Source: Entomortierella parvispora E1425
Lineage: Eukaryota > Fungi > Mortierellomycota
Assembly (NCBI GenBank): GCA_020891255.1
Contig: BQFW01000008.1
Coordinates: 2,914,001-2,978,000, forward strand
Length of the DNA stretch: 64,000 nucleotides
Reading direction: 5' to 3'
The notes under the pieces are model-generated. The model worked only from the letters and a program-made list of their open reading frames with translations, made no database searches and was not told the origin of the DNA. Position 1 is the first letter of the stretch, and the number at the start of each line of letters is the position of its first letter. A program made the position numbers and the translations under genes. This document shows positions 48,839 through 57,900 of the stretch, one piece after another.

Positions 48839-50386
48839 ATGACGAACATTGCTCCTTCAGTCTCATTTGCCTCTGTTCTTGGACTGGCACCCGATAGCCC
48901 TCTGCATGTCCCCGAGATTCTTGTGCAAGTTTCATCATATCTGACCCCACGAGATATTTATATGTGCCTCTTTGTCAACAGGAGCTTTAATGTGGTATTC
49001 GCAAGGATCTTTTGGCGACATGTTCAGCTGGGGTTGTACAAACAGACTCAATTTGTTACTCTCAACTCAGTCGGTAGCAACTCTCATATGGTGCAGTCTC
49101 TTCATATCTTCTGGGATAAAACCCTTTTCTGTGGACCGTACCTCTCTCTGGACTTTGGTATACTGAATGAGCTGCGAATAAACGCGCAAAGCCATCAACG
49201 GCAACTCAGATCCTACAGTCTCAATAAGGAGCCTGCAGAGTTCCTTCGAAGACATGTGAGAACAATGCAAGCTCTGTCTATCGCGCACTATGACTTTGAG
49301 CCGCACACATCTATTTTCTGGAAGATCGTAGACCGCTTTGAAACCATGTCGATGCTCGCACTGGAGGACGTAGTACTAAGTGGAAGTGTTCTTGCGGACA
49401 CACTATACGGTATATTTGCAAAGCCAATTTCTCTCCGGCTCATAAGGGTTCACTTCATGGATCTATGTACCACCACTCTGGAACGAAGGGAGAGTTCGTT
49501 GAAAGCAATCGAGATGCAAGGATGCTACTTTGACTACGGTTCATTTCGCACATTTTGCCGTCTTCTCAAGGTGTCGGTGGCCCTCCGCGTTCTGATTTGG
49601 GGTTCCTGGACGATGGTCCAAGAGAAGGGCGATACACAGGGCACTTTCGCGCCAATTGCTGCTGTTCTTGCTCGGGGGCTGCCCTGGAAGCAGCTCAATC
49701 GACTTGACATCTGCCGTCTTGAAGTACCAGCGGCGGTCAAGACATTCAAGGCCCTCACTCAAGGAGTGCCTGACCTGAAGCTCTCCCAGGTCAGCTTGAG
49801 TGAGGGGGCGATGAAGGCACTGTTAGGAAGTTTCGCGTGCAACTTGACGATGGTCCGGCTCGAGTATTGCGAGGGACTTGAAAGTTCCATGGTCCATGAA
49901 TTGCTCTGCTCGTGCAGCAGCCTTGTGTCGGTGTCCACCGACACCCCGTTGCTTGCGTCGAGTATTTTGCAGTCCTCTGCACCATGGGTCTGCACCAAGC
50001 TGGAGGAGTGGAAGATCTCAATTGAGATGGATGAAGGTAGGGAGGACGAGGAGGAGGGGGCAGGTGCGCGCCTCATTTTTGAGCGACTTTCACAGCTGGT
50101 CCAGCTGCGGGTCCTCAACGTGAGCTCCACGTACGCCCGCCTGGATGAGGACGTCTCCTTCCTGTCATTTCGCGAGGATCAAGGTGTCCGCTTTCTCGGC
50201 TCGCTTCAGGCGATGAAAGTCCTCAATGTGAGGCACACCCGACAGGAAGTGAGTCGTAGTGACTGGGAGTGGCTTCTCCAGACTTTCCGGGGTCTGAAGA
50301 ATGTCCTTGGCTTGCGGGTCGCCAGTGGTGAGGAGCTGGACTGGAAAGCTGCCTTGACTCAACGAGCCATTGCATATTCGCGTTGA
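48839..50386 (+). CDS. F-box/LRR (RNI-like) protein, 515 aa, intronless
   Basis: F-box-like N-terminus PLHVPEILVQVSSYLTPRDIYMCLFVNRSFNVVFARIFWRHV, followed by LxxLxL-type repeats (LSQLVQLRVLNV, LGSLQAMKVLNV). Confidence 0.8.
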   Translation: MTNIAPSVSFASVLGLAPDSPLHVPEILVQVSSYLTPRDIYMCLFVNRSFNVVFARIFWRHVQLGLYKQTQFVTLNSVGSNSHMVQSLHIFWDKTLFCGPYLSLDFGILNELRINAQSHQRQLRSYSLNKEPAEFLRRHVRTMQALSIAHYDFEPHTSIFWKIVDRFETMSMLALEDVVLSGSVLADTLYGIFAKPISLRLIRVHFMDLCTTTLERRESSLKAIEMQGCYFDYGSFRTFCRLLKVSVALRVLIWGSWTMVQEKGDTQGTFAPIAAVLARGLPWKQLNRLDICRLEVPAAVKTFKALTQGVPDLKLSQVSLSEGAMKALLGSFACNLTMVRLEYCEGLESSMVHELLCSCSSLVSVSTDTPLLASSILQSSAPWVCTKLEEWKISIEMDEGREDEEEGAGARLIFERLSQLVQLRVLNVSSTYARLDEDVSFLSFREDQGVRFLGSLQAMKVLNVRHTRQEVSRSDWEWLLQTFRGLKNVLGLRVASGEELDWKAALTQRAIAYSR

Positions 50387-50981
50387 GCCCACCAGCATGA
50401 CCCGATCTGATCGGGCCCCAGCTGTAGCTCAATGCGCTTTCCATGCCCCGAGCTGACTGCGATTATACGATATAGCACCAGATTAGACCCATCAAGTAAG
50501 ACTCCACAAGATCCTTTGGAACCAGAAGTTTTTCATTGTCTTGTACACTAATCTCCTTACCTCTCACAATAGCACGATGGATCCCAGGCACAAACGGGTC
50601 CTGTCCACGGAAGAAGCTCTTGACATAAACACCATCATTTGTTTCCTTCCATTGTTTTTATTTCAAATAAAAGAATCGTGGAGCTGCATGGATGTATTCT
50701 CCGCGATCAGTTGGGCGCGAGCATGTCAACTCACGTTTGAGTGATCATATCGGCATTGTTGTTTGATTCACCCACCGACAAATGGATTGCTTCTGGCAGT
50801 GCTGACAGGACTGTACTCGGTAGCTTGGCACAGTGCATCCATTGAACCGTGCCTGCGCCCAGCAACGACTGAGTGACGTGCGTGTGTTGAGAGCACTCGA
50901 CTGCGTTGGCCCCTTGGATTCTTGTGCCAAATCACTTTCCTCCCATTCACTCTCCCATTCACCCTCATTCACCATTGAGGC

Positions 50982-52153
50982 ATGAGCAACCCCACTCTCA
51001 TCGTCACTGGCGCATCACGCGGCATTGGTCGCAGCATTACCCTCCTCGCTATCCAGAACCTAGGCGCCAACGTCATTGCTGTTGCCCGTTCCTCGGAGGC
51101 GCTCCAACAACTGTCGAGCCACATCGAGACCGATCTGAATCTCAAGGACCGCTTCAAGTTTGTGGTCGGGGATGTCACTGCAGAGTCCACCGTCACGGAG
51201 GCTCTTGCCCTCGCGGCAAGATCGTGGTCCGGCCAGCTGGATGGTCTTGTTCTCAATGCTGGGTAAAAAAAGAGAACATATGTGGCTCGACCCCATCCAT
51301 CACTGGGATAACATCGATGGAAGGTGGTCTAACGGCTAATTGCTCTCTGAAAATGAATAGAGTGCTTGAACCTGTGGGCCCTCTGTCCAACACCGCTGTC
51401 GAGGATTGGAAGAAGTACGGTAGAAATTTTGGCCATGCCAAGTTTGACTTGCTGAATGGCGTCTATTCATAATCAACCACTGATCCCGTCCTTTCTCTCT
51501 CTCTTTGTTCCCGATCCGTCATCATCACAGAGCCTTTGACGTCAACTTCTTCTCGGTGGTCACCATTGTCCAGCACGCTCTCCCTGCCCTCCGTGCATCC
51601 AAGGGTCGTGTGGTCCTGGTCAGTTCCGGGGCTGCTCTGTATCCTTACCACGGCTGGGGTGCGTACTCCTCGTAAGTTGCTCCAGTATGTCCAAGGTCAT
51701 GGCTCTCCCTCTCTGAACTCGAGTTCTCATCCCTTCTTTTCTCTCTCTCTTTTTAGATCCAAGGCTGCATTGAACATGTTTGGGGCGATTCTCGCCTTGG
51801 AAGAGCCTGATATCACAACTGTCTCGATCCAACCTGGCGTTGTCGATACCGAGATGCAACGGGTCGTTCGCGAGAAGGGTAAAAAAACAAGCGCACAGAC
51901 TTTACGCCCATTTTTTTTTTTTTTTTTGAGTTTGTTCCCATCTAACAAATTGAACCAAAAACAAATAGGAGTCGAGGGAATGGTCCCTGCTCAGCATGCC
52001 GAGTTTATCTATCTGCACGAACACAAGGCTCTGCTACACCCTGATCTTCCCGGCCAAGTCATTGCCAGCTTGGCGCTCAAGGCTCCTAGCTCCATCAGTG
52101 GCAAATTCTTGGCCTGGGACGATGAATCCCTGTCTGCCCACCGCAAGCAGTAG
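50982..52153 (+). CDS. Short-chain dehydrogenase/reductase (benzil/sepiapterin-reductase-like); join(50982..51262, 51361..51414, 51531..51671, 51757..51878, 51969..52153), 260 aa
   Basis: IVTGASRGIG, DGLVLNAG|VLEPVG, FDVNFFS, catalytic YSS|SK (YxxxK) and IQPGVVDTEMQ. Four GT-AG introns keep the frame. Confidence 0.92.
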
Positions 52154-52329
52154 AGTCTAGCCAAATAACCACTTGCTCGTGATAGGATAAACAAATGGAG
52201 ACACACTACAAGCCATCCTGCCTTTTTCTCCGCAGCAACAACTCGTTTTCTGTCGTGAGGGACTCATTGTTCATGGTGTCCTTTTAGTTCATCCTTGTTT
52301 TTTTTTCTTGCACCGGGAATATTTCATTG

Positions 52330-53180
52330 AGCGACAGCGCCAGCGAGTAATTGTTAGATTGGGTCTCTGGCTCCAACTTTGATCGCAACTCTTTTGAGGA
52401 TCCCAGAGTCGTGGAGTCGCCTCTTCACAGTCTGGGGTGATCTCATGGACGGTAGACGGAAATGCGGCATTCTTCTCGCTGTTTTTATCCACTCGATGAG
52501 TCACCTTGTCCCATGTGCAGGTGTCATACACGTGTACTGTGCAATCCAACAGACTGACAATCAATTGTTTCCCATCTGGTGAGGACACAGAGAATAATAA
52601 GGTACTCTAGCCGAAGATACGAATATTGACCAAACGACACTCCAGTCATCTGAGAATGGCTCAGTTTGCTTGTCCCATCCAAACGTTCCGAAGAATGGTG
52701 TTGCTCAAATCTGGTCCTTGGAGCTGAGAAGAGTCGAAATCACCCCCACTCATATTCGCGCCTGGAATTCGTATGCCCCTCAGATCAGCTCCATTGAATC
52801 GTACTCCAGCTTGAACCAAGATCGTTATGGCGTTCGTGGCAGCTTGACAGCTCAATAAACTGATGGAGCTGATTCTTTAAACCTAATGTCTTGCTGAACA
52901 CGCTCGGATAGGAAGTGGATGATGGGAAGCTCGTGTACAAAACTCTTTCGAAATAGTGGTGACTCTGGTGGGGCATCTATGGGCAGTCCGCCTTGATCGA
53001 GTTCTTGCTGAACATCGGATTGTTCCAATGTACTATCGGTATCCTCTTGTGAAGGGGTTGGATCAAAGACCGCTTGCGCCAGTCCATACTCAAGCATAGA
53101 TCGATGAATGAATCGGTATTGGTTACCAATGCGGCTGAGAGGACACGTCTCGCGTAACAACTTCTTGTCATCACCTTCAC
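52330..53180 (-). pseudogene. Internal relic of an NACHT/pentapeptide/WD40 gene
   Basis: CPLSRIGNQYRFIHRSMLEY, IIHFLSERVQQ, AATNAITILVQAGVRFNGADLRGIRIPGANMSGGDFDSSQLQG, SPDGKQL...TVHVYDTCTW, broken by frameshifts. Homologous to 56700-57450. Confidence 0.85.
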
Positions 53181-53418
53181 CAAAGAAAAGAAGAGTGGCT
53201 GTGCTGATTTGTTCCCCTTTGGGGTGTGGCTGACCAGTAGGAAGGCAGCCTATGTGGTCCGTGCTTTTCATGCGAAGATTCCTTCTCCTTGTTCTCCTCT
53301 TGGAACATGGATATCACCAATTGGCGGATGGTCAGCTGGCGAATGCTGTGCCCTTTTACTTCGCCTTTTTGTATCTTTTTTTTTTCTTTGATGTGTCGTT
53401 GTCTCTTTTCGTTGTTAT

Positions 53419-53886
53419 TTGTCTTTGCTGTCTTTGATTTCTTGTTCATCTCCTTTGCTGTGCTCTGTTTCCTGCAAGAGCCCTCTACCAACAAACGACT
53501 GCCTACCTCAAGAACATTGTCCTCCACTGCAAGACGAACCAGAAAACAACACGGTTTGGCAAACGATTAGAAACACGATTGGCAGGGTCATCGACAGGGT
53601 GAACTGGCGCACCGTGGCAAAAATGGTTGGCTTCGCACTGTTGGCCGTCGGGGCAGTGGCGACTCTTGGCGGCCTCATAAGCGCCTTGGGATTCGGCACC
53701 GGCGGAATCGCACCTGCAAGTGCCGGTGCTGCCCTCATGGCCTCTTATGGAGGCTTTGTTCCAGCTGGTTCCTTGTGCGCTGTGCTTCAATCCATTGGAG
53801 CCATCGGCATTTCGATTTGGGTGTATTTTTGTGCAAGCCTCTCGGCTGTCATGCTCGCCTTTTTAATAAACACCTCTCCATCCTGA
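53419..53886 (+). CDS. IFI27/ISG12-like small membrane protein (5' end uncertain, possibly frameshifted)
   Basis: ALGFGTGGIAPASAGAALMASYGGFVPAGSLCAVLQSIGAIG matches the ISG12 motif (GF...GIAAGS.AA.MM....GG.V.AGS..A.LQS.GA). A signal-peptide-like stretch (FLFISFAVLCFLQ) lies in a different frame just upstream. Confidence 0.7.
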   Translation: MSLLSLISCSSPLLCSVSCKSPLPTNDCLPQEHCPPLQDEPENNTVWQTIRNTIGRVIDRVNWRTVAKMVGFALLAVGAVATLGGLISALGFGTGGIAPASAGAALMASYGGFVPAGSLCAVLQSIGAIGISIWVYFCASLSAVMLAFLINTSPS

Positions 53887-54096
53887 ATTAAACTGTCGAC
53901 ATTGAGCGATTTAGATGAGAATCCACCTGATATCCTCTTGCCCGCTATTTTCCAGTGACTGAAAGAGTTCAGAAGAAAACAAATAAAGGTAAAAGTCTCG
54001 ATCGAGATGCCTCTTGTCGCAGAAAAAATGAATGATGGAACGAACAATGATCGACTTTATTCTCTCTCTGTCTTGCTTCATCCGTCCTCCCCCTCC

Positions 54097-54504
54097 TCAG
54101 AACATGCGTTCCAAAAACACGTTGAGGAGCAAAGCCTTGGCCTCTTGTCTGTCAAACAGGCGACCCTTCTTCGTATAGTTGCGAAACGTCTTGAAGTCAT
54201 CAAAGTAACGGTACTTTTCCTCGACGATGTCCCAAATGTTGACGTATTTCGTCGTCAACAGTTTCTTGCACTGCGTGACAGTTGCCGGCGTTTCGTCAAA
54301 CAGCTTTTGACACAACTCTTGGTAATGGTCCAGCTTGCTATACTGTTGGTTCAAGTCTTGGACCACGGCCCGGTGAAACTGTTTTCGCTCTTCTGCTCGT
54401 TGCGCGTCGGACCAACCTTCGGCTTTGGCGAGCCGTTTGAAGCCATTGCGCAAGTGCTCTCCTCGTCTCAGCGTAAATCCAGAGTGGCCTGTCAGGTAAT
54501 CCAT
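54097..54504 (-). CDS. Small uncharacterised fungal protein, 135 aa, intronless
   Basis: Clean ATG-to-stop ORF with globular composition. The pattern YQELCQKL...PATVTQCKKLL..KYVNIWD...F...RNYT....F....AK resembles an uncharacterised fungal family recalled from memory, not searched. Confidence 0.7.
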   Translation of the reverse strand: MDYLTGHSGFTLRRGEHLRNGFKRLAKAEGWSDAQRAEERKQFHRAVVQDLNQQYSKLDHYQELCQKLFDETPATVTQCKKLLTTKYVNIWDIVEEKYRYFDDFKTFRNYTKKGRLFDRQEAKALLLNVFLERMF

Positions 54505-54935
54505 GATGAGATGAGGCGTTGAGTGCTGTTGTTATGAAATACAAAAAAACCGAAGGAGGGATGCCTCAGAGAACAGACTGTGCTGATGCAAAGAGGGGTG
54601 ATATGAGGGGGGTGGACTGGTGAGCCCTAACAAGGAGTCCACCAAGTTAACGATAAAAAAAATAGGAGGTGGAGTGGACAGGAAAGACAAGAGTGGTCTC
54701 TTTTTTTTTTTTTCTTTCTTTTTTTTCTGAATGGCAAAGCAAGCAAGACGAATAAACAGTTACGAGCGGTCAGTGCAAATGCACTGCGTTGCACATAATT
54801 TGGCAAAGCAACATGTGAGGTCAAGGTGACCTTACCGCATGGAAGGAGCCCATCAAAAGATTCCACAACTTGAAAGAGGGATCTGGAAATAGGGACTGGC
54901 AAGGGTCATCTACTTGTTTATTTTTGTTTATTGAT

Positions 54936-57900
54936 CTAGGAGGCGTCAGCCAGTTCATCAACAGCGGGTTGACCCACGGCCTGATGCTGCTTCAGCAGTC
55001 GCTTGTTCACCTTGCCCAAACCCTGCACACCCTCAATGTGGGCGTTTGATAAAACGAGCGTGTCTGACGAAGATCGCCATTGTAACAATAACTGAGGTCC
55101 ATCCTGTCCTTCAACGACTTGCCATGAACGAACAGATCTGTCCTCGCAACCAGTTGCGAGATAGATGCTGTCCAAGGTGGATCGCCAAGCTACGCTGGAG
55201 ATTCTTTCTTGAAAGTCGTTCACCATTAACAAACATTGGCCCGATCCTACGTCCCACAATCGGACAGTCTTGTCCAAACTTCCCGTGGCAATCTGGTGAC
55301 CAGTTGGCGAATAGGCAACGGAATCAACATCGAGGGTATGACCATGCAGCGTAAAGCCATGCTTGCCAGTCTCTGGATCCCACAGTCGCACGGTCCTGTC
55401 GCGACTACCTGAAGCGATCTGGCGACCATTGGGCGAGTACGCGACAGAGATGACATCGTCCGTATGACCAGACATTATCAAGCCATGTTCGCCGGTCCAC
55501 GCGTGCCACAGTCGCACAGTCCTATCTCGGCTGCCTGAAGCGATGCACTGGCCTTTGGGTGAGTATACCACAGATGTAACATCATCAATATGGCCGCCCA
55601 AGATAAAGCTCTGTAGACCAGTCTGGACATCCCACAATCGTACGGTCCTGTCCCGACTCCCGGAAGCGACCTGGCGGCTGCAGGGTGAGTAAGCCACTGA
55701 GACAACGTCGTCTGTGTGGCCATTCATCGTCGAGCAAAGTTCACCGGTCTGTGCATTCCACAGTCGTACAGTCCTGTCCCAACTGCCCGAGACTATTTGG
55801 TGGTCGTTGAGCGAACAAGCCACAGACTGAACGCGGTTGGTATGTCCGTGCAAGGTGGAGCTAAGAGCTCCAGTCCTTACATCCCACAGTCGGACCGTCC
55901 TGTCCCAACCGCCCGAAACTATTTGTTGACCATTCAATGAGTAAGTCACGGAATATACAGGACCAGTGTGGCCGCTCGAAGCGCAGCCAGGTTTGCCAGT
56001 CTGTGCATCCCAAAATCGCACAGTTTGGTCCCAACTGCTGGAGATAATCTGTTGGCCATTGGGCGAATACGCGATCGAAATAATAAAATCAGTGTGGCCT
56101 CCCAACGAAGCGATAAGGGTTCCTGTCAGTGCATCCCAGAGTCGTACAATCTTGTCCCTACATCCTGAAGCGATTTGCTGGCCACTGGGTGAATATGCGA
56201 CGAATGTCACAATGTCAGGATGTACCAGCTTGAAGCTCGGAGACTCGGTTTGTGTATTCCATAGCCGTACGGTATTGTCACTGCTTGCTGAAGCAATCTG
56301 TAGATTATTGGGTGAATAGGCGACTGAGGAAACAAAATCCGTGTGGCCATGCCAACAAGCAATAGGATCTCCATCGAGCGCATTCCATAGTCTCACAGTC
56401 TTGTCCCTACTTCCGGAGACAATACGCTTGCCGCTCGGTGAGTAAGCTACAGCATTGACACGGTCGGTGTGGCCGCGCAGAGTAAAGGTGAGAACACGCT
56501 TGTGTGTATCCCACAGTCGTACAGTCTTGTCTCCGCCTCCTGAAGCGAGCTGCTGACCGTTGGGTGAATAAGCCACAGAGAACACAGAGCCAGTGTGCCC
56601 ATTCAAGGAAACAAGAAGATCGCCAGTGTATGCATCCCAAATTCGCACATCCCTGTCCAAACTGCTTGTTGCGATATGTTTGCCGTCGGGTGAATGTGCA
56701 ACACCCCTGATCATGCTGGAATGTCCCTCAAAGATTTTTCTATCCCATGTTAATGTGTTGTACAGGGCAACCGTGCCGTTATGAAGACCCACAGATATCC
56801 AGATTCCGTCTGGTGAAAACGCACAGAACATCACGAAATCCTCTACCTCGAGGTACGGATACTGGCCAAACACAGCCCCTTGCATAAGAGACTGGCTCAA
56901 GTCTGCCCGACGCAGCCAAACGTTTCGAAGAGTGGTCCTGCTCATGTCGGACCCTTGTAGCTGGGCAGAGTCAAAGTCGCCACCGCTTAGATCTGCACCT
57001 GGAATCCGGATACCTTTCAGATCCGCACCAGTAAACCGCTCTCCTGCTCGAACCAGGATGGTAATAGCATTGGCCGCAGCACAGCCGGCGGAAATGTCAA
57101 TCTTGGACAACTGAATGATAGCATGCAGATACTCCTTGAACTCGGCGCGGTGTTTAACACGATCGGACAGGAAATTGAGGACTGCAATCTCTGAGACCAA
57201 ACTCTGTTGGCCTAAGGGATGATCCAAAATATTTGTCGAACAGGACGACGGCGCTGAAGAGCCGGTGGAACTGAGCTGTGGGAGTTTCTCCCTGGGGTCG
57301 TAGAAAGACAGGGAGTAGAAATACTCCAGGATTGACAAATGACTGAATCTGAATGTGTCTCTGCTCCCGCCTATACGACTCCTGCTTCGAGTTTGGGTCT
57401 GGGGGTCTGGCGTACGGGCTCGCCGGATCAATTGGCTCGATTCCATCAGTATCTGGGTCTTGGGTTCCGGTCCAAGAAAGTGTCGCTTCCAAGATCTTCT
57501 GTCGGTGTCACTCCAATACTCTATAGAGTTGACTCCCTTCTCTTGCTTGAAAATGGCCTCCGCAAGTCCCTTTGAGAAATTGATGCCGAGATCGATGAAG
57601 GGTCCTTCCATTTCTTGGAAAACCGCAAGGCGATCAGAATCCATTTTCCCCCTGGAACGCTGCTCCATTAAACGGTTTAGTTCGTTATCAAAATGCATGT
57701 CCACAAACTCGTCATACAGCTCAGCTCGAGTGATTTGGGTAGTTGTGAGGGACAACTCCGGCAGAATGTCCAAGACCATCCGCAGCATGAATGGATTTTT
57801 GATCAGATCCATGATATGAGCGATCCTCTCAAGTCGATCCATATATCGCTCAGTGGTCCATCTTGGTTTGTCGCTGTGGGCGCCTGGGGATGTATACTGG

